A stretch of 64,000 nucleotides of DNA from Chrysomallon squamiferum. Taxonomy: Eukaryota > Animalia > Mollusca. Made by a program: the position numbers and the translations under genes. Each line of letters begins with the position of its first letter. Position 1 is the stretch's first letter. Shown here piece by piece: positions 27,601 to 41,800 of this stretch. The stretch spans positions 22,506,001-22,570,000 of the forward strand of contig CM022672.1 of NCBI GenBank assembly GCA_012295275.1, read 5' to 3'. The notes under the pieces are model-generated. The model saw nothing but the letters and a program-made list of their open reading frames with translations. It was not told where the DNA came from and did no database searches.

Positions 27601-30053
27601 CAACAACAATAATGAAAATAATGATGATGATTGTGATCATTATAATGATTATAGTTTTACACTCTAAAGCAGTTCAGTGTGGTTTTAACTTTCTTTTATT
27701 TCTGATGGCTTTGTTGTCTATCATTTATCACCAGACACATTTTCCATGACAACATTAGATATAACGTAAGTATTTACTGATAAATTTAAATTCATCATTA
27801 GCTCTGTACATAACTTTGTACTGGAAAACCCATTAATTATTGCAGAGATATGAAAATGTGTGTCTTTTTTTCTTAAATGTAAATTTTGCCAGGACAAAGA
27901 GACATTATTTGATATCATTCATGGTGATATCAGAATTACAGAAATTTGAATTCAGCTGCCAAGTCTGTTTTCAGTTTGGCTCCATTTTCCCATTTTAAAT
28001 AATGTATATATAAAATATTTGAAATTTTATATGAAATATAACCAGCATAGTGTTCATACTGTCTTAGCAGAGTGGCAGTCCTCCCATTGGACTAGTCATA
28101 CATCATATAACACATAATGATTGAGTGTTTTAAAATGAGTTTTTTCATCTGTGTGATCAATGTACACCATCGTTCATAGCTTTATATTAGTATACAGTTA
28201 AAGCTTGCTGAAGTGAAAGAAAGTAATTTAACAAAATCTTACATTTCAAATTCCATCTGAATTTCAAAGTTTTATAATACATTTTAAATGTAACTGTATA
28301 TCTTTTGTTTGTTTATATATGTGATTGCCATTCTCCCATTCTAACATTATTTTTTTTTTAACAAAATAATACATTTACACACCTTTATATTTGTGAGTTA
28401 TTTTGGTATTTGTTATACAATCAATTACTTCATGTACCTGCACATATTTTAATTTGATACCAATAATCAAAGCATTGTTTTCATAATCGTATAGAAGTTA
28501 TGTTTTTTAGTATTAATTATTTATTCATTATATTTTTTTTTTTAAATATCATCATCATCATCTTCGTCACCATCATTATCATTATCATTATCATCATCAT
28601 CATCATTATTGTTAATATAGTTGTTGTTGTCATTGTTGTTGTTGTTGTTGTTGTTGTTGCTGCTGATGATGAAAATGTTCAGTTATCATAGATCTGCTGA
28701 TAGCATGGACATCTCCTACTAAAATAAACTAAAATGAAAAGCTTCTGGCTGAGAGGTCAGAACACATCTCTCCTCTTTGTAATCGCTGCCATATTATCAC
28801 AACCTGCCATGTTGTTTGAAGTGGTAAATCAGCAGTCTGATAGCCTGCCTCTGTTAGCATGTTGTTTTATTGGTACGTGTTTAATGTAGACCAGTGGATG
28901 TAAATGTCAAACTCCATGTTATTTTATTGAGAAAAATAAAACTGCATGTGGCTGGTTGCCTGCATTTTCCAGTACACACACGTGATCATCTTTTTGACTG
29001 GGTATTATCCTTCATTATTATTTTTTTTTTTAAAGCAGTGATGGTAAATCTGCCTAACTGCTGGGCAGTCTTTGTTAATAATAAAGTATAGTAAAGAAAA
29101 TATCAGTTTTTGTGAAGAAGCATGGAGAATGAGATTTGTTTAAATTTTATTTTTTATTTAAATGAGGGTTTTCTGTTGTTGTTGTTTGTGACAAGCACAA
29201 CAAAACAAAATATATCTAATATATCCAGGTCAGATGCAAATTTAAAAACATGGGAAATTAGCACTGTATTTATGACATTTAATGTTGTAAAACAAACAGT
29301 CAAACTGGAAATGTCTTATTATTAAATAACATTTTTTCTATTAAAAAACGACAGATGACTATATTACATCAGGAATAAGAATTTTATATGTCCTCTTATT
29401 ATAACATTAACTGACGAGACCACAATCCACCATGAAAAGTTTTGTCTTCAATAGTCACGAAACCCTCCCCTTTCTGAAACACTAGAACTGCCCCTGATAC
29501 ATCTGTGACACATTCTGTTTCACAGGAAATGCTTACATTCCAGTTTCTTCTGCTTTGTAATGGCTGAGCCAATACCTTCAGGCAACCAACAACATTTATC
29601 CTGGCTTTTAGTTGGGTTTTTTTTTTTCATTTCTCTACAGTATGTAAAAATTCCATTGGAGATGATTACCGTTTTTACTTAAACAGAATGAAATAAAAAA
29701 AAAAAAAAAAAAAAACACCAAGAACTTAATTTCACCACATCAAGACAAGATGCCAGCATACTGCTCAAGTATGCCTTGCATAGGCATATAAACTCACCTT
29801 TCAGCACACTTATCTGCTAAACAAAAGATCCTAGTGTACTATTGAACCAAGTATATCATGTGCTAGCCAAGACAAAATAAATAAATTAATTAATAAATAA
29901 GTAAAAAATAAATAATAATAAATATGGATAGGTGGTAAAATGCTGGGACTTTTTTGAAAACTATTATGGGAGCAGCAAACTCATGAAATAAATTAAAATT
30001 TAATTACTGCACAAATAATGATAATAACAATAATAATAGCCATAATAATAGCC

Positions 30054-30100
<47 letters not shown>

Positions 30101-31687
30101 GATAAAAAAATTAAAAAAAAAATAAAAAGAAAAAGAAAAAAGAAGAAAAAATGTTTGCTGTGTTCATATCGCTGTTTGTTTTTACTTTCACTTAGGAACA
30201 CCTGACCTATCAGCATCCAGAAATATTTTGTTTCACTCTCTTATTTTATCTTTCACTGAGCAGCAACATGCACGAGGCCAGCTGTTGTCTATCCAACACC
30301 GCTGCTTCTGCTGCAAATAATCAGCCCCATTTCAGTCTACTGCCTGCAGTTATGTCAACACAGGCATAGCAAAAAAAAAAAAAAAAAAAAATAATAATAC
30401 ACCACCCACTCTCTCTGCATGTTCTTCAGACTTGCTTACACAATAATATTTTAAATTTTCCACTGAAAATAGATTTTGAAATTTTTTAAAAGCAGTGCAA
30501 GAAAGAGAAAAGACTTGAGTTTGGGATTTTTTGGCATTCTATGAATTCTGATAAAAAGAAAACCAAAAAAAAGCTGCGTTATTTATTATTTCGTTATTGT
30601 TGTTGTTGTTGTATTTATTATTTTTATTGTTATGTGTTATTATTGTTTTTGATATTATTGTTAGTTTTTATTACTAGTGTTGCTGTTAATGTATCATCAT
30701 CATCATTGGTGTTACTGTATTTTTATTATATTTTTCATTATTTGTTTTGTTGCTGTCAGTGTTACTTTTGTTATTATTATTCTTAACATTATTATTATTG
30801 TTGTTGTTGTTGTTGTTGATGTTGTTACTAAACATCATTTTCTTCTTCCAGCACTCAAGAAAATACAAGAAATCATTGCCTTTAAAAATGGGACACATTC
30901 AGAATGGGATATAGTGCAAAAGAGTAGTACTATGAGTAGTACTATGAGTAGTATTGATTTTTTTTATCTTTTCATTCAAAATCTTCATTCTAACCTAATT
31001 GCATATGAAAGTAAATGAAAGTAGTTCACACGAAACCAAACTGAAGTCATTAGCCTATTACATGTCAAGAAGATATGGCTAGAAAATATATGCATGAAAA
31101 AACCCAGAAAAAAATGAAGTTGCAGAAAGAAAACAACCTCATCCATCACCTCTGAAGTACACTGATGTTATCACTTCAGAATTTTGACACATTATCAGCA
31201 TTAAGCTTTTTAAGAATGTGTACTTTTAATGATTTTCAGTGTACATAATAAATACAACCAGTCTAGACTATAAATAATTTTCATAACATGCTCTGACAAT
31301 GTTACAACAGAAAAAAAAAAAAAATGTGAACTACGTTTATCAAGTAAATGCAAAAAAACAACAACAATTCATTAGAATTTTTGTCAAATGCGAAATGTTC
31401 TATTACAATAGCAAAAGAAAAAAAGAAAGTCCTGTACAGATATCTATTATGTGAAAGTTCTACAGATTATCATAGACACAGCAATGGGCCATTTTAACTG
31501 ACTAATAGTGTCCAAAAAAATACAATTTAATCAAATAAATTGCATATGTTTCACACTTAATAAAATGTAATAAAGAAAATACTAAAGTATCACTAAAAAA
31601 ATTCATTTTAATTTAACAACCAGTCATCTAATTTAAGTTTTGTGCATTTGAAAATAAATAAATAAATAAATATGTAAATAAATAAGT

Positions 31688-31725
<38 letters not shown>

Positions 31726-32426
31726 CAGACAAGATCTATAAACCACCATTTTCCACCACATCCTAAATCAACAAAAAAGAGAAGAAAACATGCATCCATC
31801 CACTCATCCATTTTCCACTGAATCAAACATTCAAGTTTAATGCTACTGGATATTTCATTATTTATTTAAGGCTGCAGAGTTCAGTACACTGGAGTAACAT
31901 CAAATGCAGAATCATTTGATAAAAACTAACTACATCAATTACAGAAGCTCTAGAATTTCTAGATGCTATATAAGATAACTATGGCTGACTGGAATAGACT
32001 GGCACACACACACAGAAATGTCTGCTACACACTGAGCCCTAGACTGACACCCAGCTCTTGTTCCACTTGACCCAGTGCATGATTACTCCTAGCTAAGCAA
32101 ATTTCCATGAAGATGCAGAACATTTTTCAAGGCATTTCTAGAGATAACTTAATGAGTATACTTTAACAAAATAAACCTGGTAAAGAATTTATCTAGAAAA
32201 CCTTGAAGTTTTTATGGTGTTAAGAATGAAATCAGAGACAACTACTTGAATATAATCCTGGTTTATTTTTTATTTTTTCATTCAAAACAGTAGGCCACAA
32301 CACAGAAACATCCAGTTTGTGTTAAAATGAGTTTTAGTTTGTACTTTTTTTTCTAAACATAAAGGATTTGGCTGCTTGCTGTTTTAGACCATAGAACATA
32401 ACTTCATACTTTTAACAACAAAAAAA

Positions 32427-32458
<32 letters not shown>

Positions 32459-35400
32459 CAAATATAATTTAAGAATAAATAGACTAAACAATTTTTTCTG
32501 ATTATTACATTTGCACAGAGTGAAAGATATTCAATCTGGAAACTATGTTATTTTATCTCTGTTGTTACAAAATAACTTCACTGACAAAAGAGGCAGTCTT
32601 GGGGAGATAACTTTCTTGACTGATTTGTATCTGCAAGCTGTTATATATATATATGATCAAATACATTCATTGGAAATATGGTTAAATCAACAAGAAAAAG
32701 GGATGTAGCAGATTTTCAATATTTTGACGGGCTTTTTCTTTATGGTGGTTATGAATGCGTGGTTAATCATTTATTACCGTTATTGTTATTATTAAATGGT
32801 TAACATTATTTTTATTTTTGTTAATACTATTATTATTGTAATTGTTGTTGTTATTATTAAATTATTAACATTATTATTATTATGGTTGTTGGTTGTTGTT
32901 ATTATTAAATTATTAACATTATTATTATTATGGTTGTTGGTACTATTATTATTAATATTATTATTATTATTATTATGGTTGTTGGTACTATTATTATTAA
33001 TATTATTATTATAGTTCTTGTTTACTATAATTTTAAAACATTATTATTATGGCTGTTGTTACTATTATTATTGAAGAACGTTCTAGAAATTACTAATGTG
33101 GTTGAATAAGGATAAGATATTTAATTTTGACAATTCTCCTTCTCAGAGAGAACAAAATAAAAACCAAATATTTATTTTTAGCATAATTAAGCTCATCATT
33201 GGAAATTAGATGGGACATTCCTACAGTTTTCATTTTTCTTTTTAACTTCTTAATTATTTTTAATTATTTATATACCTCAAGGGTTTAGAGCCAGAAGGTC
33301 TTAAGTGCATATAGACCTGGTTCTAACCCCTTGAATTATATAAATGTATAAAACATTTCACAAGAGGTATTATATTAAAACATAGATTTTTCACTAATCT
33401 AACCCCTCGAACTATTATATATGTAGAAAAAATTTCACAAGATGCATTATATTAAAACATAGATTTTTTACTAATCTAAAAACAGTCATATATATATATT
33501 TACTCTATAACACATAAGTTAAAAAGTAGCATTTACTACTATTATTTCTACTACTACTACTACTACTAATAATAATAATGGACTAGCACTACTATCTACA
33601 AAATACTCTTCAGAAGAATTATGTATCATGCTGAAAACACTATTAACATGTTCTATTAAAAACATGCTCACAAACCTGATTACAGTGAAGTGTGCACACT
33701 GCGGTAATATTACTTAATTTAAACTGACAGATATTGGTGTTCTTTCACTTAAACAGTCAAGAAAAATAAACAAGAAGAAAAACAAAACTCATCACTAAAA
33801 AAAAAAGTTATTTATAGTGTGTGAAAGTACATGTGATTTAAGTTTGTTGACTATTGGTAGGAAAAAAACAAAAACAAACAACGAAAAATAATAAAAAATA
33901 CAACAAATCTTTCTGATTGTAAGATATAAACATTTTGCAGTATTCATTATTATTGTTATTGTTGTTTTTATTATTGTAATAACATGTTTTTTATTATTAT
34001 TATTATTATTACTGTTATTATTATTGTTATTATTATTATATTATTATTATTATTATTGTTATTATTATTATGGAAACAGGAAATAATTAAAGAAACGAGC
34101 ATGTCAAATTTAATATAAAAACAAACAATTTCTTTTTTTCCCCCCTTGTACTGCATTTGCAAAACCAGTGTCCTATTATAATTGCATTAACAGAAAGCAA
34201 ATATCTTTCATACTGTGTAGCAAAAAAAAAAAAGTAAAGAAGAACAGCTGAAAAAGCAAAACCACACCTTATTTTATAGCTTATTTGACAATCATAAACA
34301 ATTTTAAATGGAAAAAACATGATACAGAATAATGTTAGTGTAATGGTCGTTGACCCAATTATATCTTAAGTTCATTATTCCATACACTTTTTGACGATTT
34401 CTTTTAATTCTTTATTTATTTATCTGTTTTATTTATTTTTAATTTATTATTGTTTTATTTAGTATTATTATTAGTATTATTATTTTTTTTTTTTTTTAGA
34501 AATGATGTTTCAATTATCTCAAATTAATATTGTATCTGTTTGTATTTTTTCTATACCTTTATTAAACTTTTAACAGATGCTTTTATTTTGTTTTAAATTG
34601 AATCAAAAAATTTCATGCTATATTGCTTGCTTGTAAAAGGTCTTATTTAGATTTTAATGAAACTTTTGAACTACCAATCAGTCAGACACTCATAGAAGAA
34701 AGAAATATTTAAACTTTGGAAGCTAAATTTCTACAATAATTCAATTCTTAAAAACTGTCAAAACTGCTGAGTTGACAGGTTGTAAAAATCGGCCAGTCTG
34801 AGACAGAAACACTATCTCAAAGAAAAAAACAACAACAAAACTTGCTAGAACATTCCAGAAAGAGAAAGTCTAGCTTCTGTGAAAGTATAATTACAATAAC
34901 ATGGCGAATGACAAGTGTTAAATTTAGACTCAAGCTGGTTTGTGAAGTATGTGGGATATTAATTTCAAATATGGAAACAATGTTGAGAATGATATAATTC
35001 TATTGGAAAAGAGAAACCTGAAACCCGGGGTGTTTGGGTTTAATAATTAGGTACATGGAATCGAAGATATGCTTAACTAATTGGTTTTAAATGATTTCAT
35101 TTTTTTTTTTTTTTTTTTTGAAAAGTCCTAAAGTTCTTTTAAGCATAATGGTACAAAAATATGTGTAAAGCATGTGAATGAATTTTCACTTTTTAGTTAA
35201 ATACATGTCAAGTTAGACCAAAGCATTGTTTGATCAGAATCCCCTTTAAATGGGACTCTCAAATTTCACATTAGAATCTAGGCTTACAATCCAATTGTTA
35301 AGAGAAATAAAACAATATTCTGATGATACAAAAATTAATACAGGAATTGTGAGATACTGATATGACAATACACAGAGATTCTTACAAACATAATGGTAAA

Positions 35401-35826
35401 ATCAAAGAGGCATATGAAAATCAATCACATGACGAGGAATAAAACTGAAGAACAAACCCAATGAAGCTACAGCACCCAGATGAAATGCATAAACCAGCAA
35501 TTCTCATATAGCAAAATGTTTGTTTTCAAATGTATCTCTGATATCATCAGCTTGTGCTATCAATCCCAGATTGCAATGCTCCACGTCCATTTTGCTTTTC
35601 TAGCTCATAGTGGTTAGCATCACAAATGACAGAGCTGCATGTTCCAAGAGATGAAATTGAACCATAAATTAAGTATCATATTAATATTTAGTCAGTTAAT
35701 AAACCTGTGTACGTAATAATGCTTAATCAAATTTTTCTTATTTTATCTAATATTGATATTTGTCTTGTCTTGTTCTAGGGAAGCAAACTGTTTTCATGTC
35801 ATTTGAAAATAACCAAAGAATAATCA

Positions 35827-35872
<46 letters not shown>

Positions 35873-38800
35873 TAAACAACAACAACAGAACAAATAATAA
35901 AATAAAATAAATAAATAAAATGAATGATGCATTCATTAACCCTTAAGATGTTGCATCTCTTTTACCATTATGGCCAATAACTGCACTGCAGCCATATATA
36001 AACGTGGAAAATTTCATGAATTAAAATGGGACCATTACCTGAAATTGTGTGTGTGTAAGACGTAATGAAAACAATATAACTCAAATGAATACAACATGTG
36101 TCTGTGTGTCTTGCTTAGAACAAGAACAAGGAATGTGAACAATGGAACAGACTCGTATAATAGTGCTACGACAATGACACACATGTGGTGAACTGAATTT
36201 ATCTCAATTCTGGGGCAGAAATATAAAACACATGAATATGTGCAGATGGTCTCTCTCTGTGTGTGTGTGCATTTATGTATATATGTATGTATGAAGGTAC
36301 TTCAAGACTCTCCCAGAAACAATGGTTGTAACTCATTTTGAGGGATAACTATGTACAATAAAGCACAAAGCCTTATATCACTGTCTTTATTCCTTTGCAA
36401 ATTAAGTTCTTTGAAAATCAGTAGGTGAGAGGGAAACTCAGAAATGGACAAGAAAGAAGCCAGAGCCATGATTAAAACGTCTGGCATAAAACAACCATTG
36501 CCAAGGAAATCCACAAAGACAGGGTCAACACACTTGATGAGGACTGTAAAGAAGTGAGTTGTTGATTTCAAGCAAAGCAGGGATAGCACTGAAGGTGACA
36601 ACCATCAGGATGCCCAAAATCGGGGAATGTTCATGAATGACTTTACAAAAGGCTCAAACCATTAATGGAGATTACTATGTATTAGATGTGAACAACAGAA
36701 TGACAAGTTAAAAAAAAAAAATGTGTTAACTCATAGTGAGAGATATATATATATATATACTGAGACACCAGATATATAAATATACAGGCTGAGGATCCCT
36801 TATCTGAAATTACTCAAAGCTAAAAACTACAAAATCCAAATCTTTTTCTTATCTACAGAAATAGTGATATCTTTCAGTTTTTTCAGACTGTTTTGCATAC
36901 ACTAACTTTATTTTATGCTCAAAATGATTTAAAAATGTTATTTAAAAAATCCTGCAAGCTGTATATCAAATATATCAATCTGTAAGCTGTATATCAAATA
37001 TAAAAACAATTTTTATTTAGACTTAGATTCTATTCTCAGGCTAAGTCCTTACATTTCAGAATCCAAAACATTTCTGATTTCAAGTGTTTGGGATAAATAA
37101 ACCTATATATTATTTACAAACACACAGATCTATACAAACAAAACAAATACAAATTATATATACACATATACATATTTGACTTTTGGGGGGTTTTTTTGTT
37201 TTTTCCTGTCTACACATATGCTCATCTTTGATTAGGCACCGCCCTATGTCTGACTAACACTGCCCTTAAAGATCTTTCAGATCTTTTTTTATCTGCCTTG
37301 TTTGTTATTAGAGAAGATATATTGTTTTACAGTTTGCAGTTTTAATTTGAAAAACTTAACAAGTTTACGAGCCATAGTGTTGTAAGTTAAGCAGCAAAGT
37401 CAGAGTGAAGATAATCTTTTTCAACAGTATTTATTTATAGAATAAGATTTTTTCCTTTTTATGTTGAGAAATTTTTATCTTTTTTATGTTGAGAAATTTT
37501 TATCTTTTTTATGTTGAGAAATTTTTATCTTTTTTATTATATTTATTTTTACATTAATTAATTCTTTTCTAGAATTTTCCTACCAATTTTTTTAATCATG
37601 TCCATCTGACAAACTACAAAAATGACTGAGATAAATTATTATTTTTTCTTTTTTCTTTTTTTTAAAGATTAATTAGACACTTTTGGAGAAAGTTTTTCTT
37701 AAATATGGTTGAATAAGCAGTAGAACATCATAAACTTTATTTAACTTAATTTTGAATTTAATTTTTCATATGTCCTCTAATAAACAATAACAAATATTTC
37801 ATAAAGATAAAATAATTAACCTGTTTTTAGCTTAATTGAAATAAAAAAACTCACTTAAAAATTTATTTATATATATATAAATTATTCTAATAAAGAATAA
37901 AAAAGCAATGATATAAATTATATTTCCTTGATTTTTTTTTATTAATTCATAAATTTGTAATTATTTTATTTATTGATTGATTGATATTTTTATTTTTTTA
38001 TTTTATTTGATTTTGTACTTTTTTAAACTTTTTTTTATATCACTCTAACAAACAATAAAAGTCAAAGATATCAACTCTATTTCATTTATTTTTAGATTAG
38101 ATCATTTATTTCTTTTTTTTCCAAGAAATTGTTTCCCACCTCCTTCTGATAAAGAGTTAGAAGTCTAAAGATAAACATGAGGAGACAATTATATGATTTT
38201 CTGGTAAATACATTTTAAGATAAAGCTCAGACTATTTATGTGGCAGAAAATCTAATGAAAGCAAAAGCTACTGACATGTGGCAAGGTTATCCATTTTGGA
38301 ATGTATTCTGCATCCTGTTGTATGACCTTAAACAATGCTAGAATGGACTTTGTGGTAAGAATAAGAAACGATTATTTCAATGTCTTGATAATAAAAATAT
38401 TATAGAGAAAAAGAATGTTATTCTGGTATAATAGATCTGAATAATATTTGTGTGTAACAGTTAAGAAAGGATATTATTATTATGTAGGAAAAAACGCTTA
38501 TTGTGGCATAACAATTAACAGTAATATTATAAACAAAAAGAATATTATTCTGGTATGATAGTCAAGAATAATATTATATAAAATATTCTTAAAGAATATT
38601 ATGGAGAAAAGAATATTTTTGTTCTAGGCTGATAAAGAATTGGAATTAAGAATTTTTATTTACTCTTGTTTATAAATTAATCATTAATTAATTTTTTATC
38701 TTTTTTAAATGGCTTGTCAGATACACCAGTCACAGACACACATCTATTCACATACAAAATAACAATCATTCATATACATACATGCATACATATACGCCAA

Positions 38801-41800
38801 GCAAAAGAAGGATTTAAACAACGTATTCATGACATGATATTTTGTTAATATTTGGGAAGTCTGTATATCTGTCAAGTGATTTTATCAGAAACTTTAAACA
38901 ATTCATCACATGTATATCTATATATGACAAACACTCACACACACACACACACAAACACAAACAAAAGAAAAAATATATCCAGAAATCATCACAAAATATA
39001 TCCATGAATCAACCTCAGAAAGAAAAGGGGCGTATATCTGCTACTTGTGTTGTTACAAAATACAGTATAACCCATTGTGGATACCTTTCAAGACAAATCA
39101 GATTTGTAAAAAATCACAGACGAAAGACAAAACCCCAATCATTTGTTTTATCAAGGGAGGTGTGTGTTGCAGATTCATTCCATGTTTCAGCAGTCTTGAT
39201 GAATCAGCAGCAAGCATCCACTGCAGACTTGGAACATTAAAAAGTAAGCTGATGCTGAAATATGTTACATGCTCTTAGGTGGTAAGGTCAAGGAAGTGAT
39301 GAACCAAGAAAATAAAAACCATCATACAGATTGTTACAGTCGATATAAAGATTGTATTAACTGTTGCTTCTGCATGTGTGTGGCTTAAAGACTTTTATTA
39401 CAGAAATTAGGGCATGTTTTATTTTTTTAACTGTTTTATATTAAACCATGTCTTATCTGAATAAAACTTGTTTTGAAGATAGTTTTATAAGTAGTTTCAG
39501 TGAACATAAAGACTGTTATTAACTGTTGTGTCTGTAAGTGTGTATAGTTATGACCTTATAGATAACAGTTTTTTGTTGTTGTTTTTTTCTTAAATTAAAC
39601 CATGTTATGGTTTAACTGAAGTTGTCTTGAAGATTGTTTTAAAAGTAGTTACAAGCAATATAAAGACTGTTATTAACTCTAGCTTCACTCGATGGTTGAA
39701 AACTTTTATCACAGAAGTTAGTGGCTTTGTTTTTGTTGTTTCCTTTTAAATTAAACCACATTATGATATTAACTGAATAAAATATCTTAAAGATTGTTTT
39801 AAAAGTATTACAATAAGTATAATGATTTTTATTAACTGTTGCTTCTGTATGTGTGTTATTGAAAACTTGATACATTAATGTTTTTCTTTCTCTTTTAAAT
39901 TAAAACCTGCTGTAGTCTTGGCTAAATAAAAGAGATTATGTGAGGATTGTTTTAAAACTAGTTAATACATGTGCATACATATGGTTGCCAAAACATTTTG
40001 GTCTTGCTCAAATAAACTAAAACATTATTAACAAGACAGAAAGATGTAACTGTTATAGTAATCTCAGGCTTTGATGTGTTCATGAGAATGAAATAGTACA
40101 TTAACTAACAACAAGTCCGCAAGATTCAATTATTGTTTATAACAGAGTTGTTTTTCTTCCATTAAGCCTTTTTTTTGGTCTTGATTGAATAAACTTAAAG
40201 CTTGTGAATGAACTAAGACATTACTAACAAGACAGAAAGATTTAATTGTTAAAGTGACAGTCTCAGAGATTGATGTATTCGTGTGAATGAAACTGTACAT
40301 TAGCTAACAACATGTCAGCAGAATTTAATTATTCACAGTAACAGGGCTTGAATTGGTCTTGTGAATGAAGTCAGACAAAGGGTCTTGGAGCCATGTACAA
40401 TTAACAATGCTGATAAGATAATTTCAGACAAGTGCAAGTCCATGTTACTGAGGTCAGAGGATTGTAAGGTTATGACTGTGGACCAGTCGGTGTCATGAGT
40501 TAAAAAACAAACTGCTACAAAAAATAAATTAAAATATACCATGGGAAAACTGTGTCCTGAGGAATTTTATCATTAATGTTTCTTTCCTTGGGCTATAAAA
40601 ATATTTTTAAAAAAGAAAGGAATAATAACAATAATAAAAAGTAAAAGTAATATTCAATGCAATTTTACCATTAACATTTTCAAAATGGATTTCATAAAAT
40701 ATTAAAAAAACAAAACAACAAGAAACAAGACAAAAATAACTAATGACAATAATACCAAACTTTCTACTAAAAAATATTTTCAAAGTATTACATTTTTGTT
40801 CCAATTTTCCAGCGAATCACTATCATCCTTATTTATTATCAGACAGAGGCTAATAGACAAAGTGGATACCAATAAAAATAACTACACAAATTCCAGATGG
40901 CCTTGTGCTGTGGTTTAACAAACCCTGTCAGAGAAAATCAAGAGTAAATTGGATGTTACAATGGCTATTAAAGAGAATCAGGATAAATTAGACTTTAATG
41001 AAGTTGACATTGATACTGAAGTTGAACACATAATCCCCTTCACTGTCTACGGAAAGCCAGGTCTCTGTTCTGGAGCCAGACATTTATGGTTCAGAGAGTA
41101 ATTAAACAGATCAATGTAGAAATCAGTACAATTACGAGATAACATTCTTGGTATTTTTTCTTTTATCCATAGAGTTAAATAAGTATCATTTTATGAACCT
41201 TTTTAAATAAGTACAGAAAAAATTCTTATTTTAGGCTAAATAAATGAAAATGGCATTACATATTTAAACATAGCATTATTGTAGTGCTTTCATTTGTCTC
41301 TATCAGTCTCTCATGTATTGCAAATTCAGCATTACATCTGTGCAGAAATAAAGGGTGAAGTTTACCCACTTGCTGAACTCAAGTCTGGAATGGGTAAAAT
41401 GAAATGTTAAAGACATTGTTAACAATATGTCAGGTTGAATTAGCTGAAGCACCTAGTAACTACACAATGTCTTCTGCTGCAGAAACAAACATCAACATAT
41501 AACATCATTTTTATCAGTTATCAGTTACATATTGCCTTCTGTGATGCATCTGAGTTCAGGGTCAGTTCCATATCATAAACTAACGAATCTGAGTTTTTTG
41601 GCGAGAAAATTAATACCAAGCTATAAACTAATGATCTCTTTCCCATTCAAGCCACTGCTCTTAGGCTGATTCATTAACTCTGTAAAAACCATGATACGAT
41701 TTCTTCACTTTGGAATAGGCATATGAAATGGCAATAGAAATAGATGCTTTCTTCAGTCATTTATTAACATTAAACAAAAACCTTTTCAGACACCTACCGA

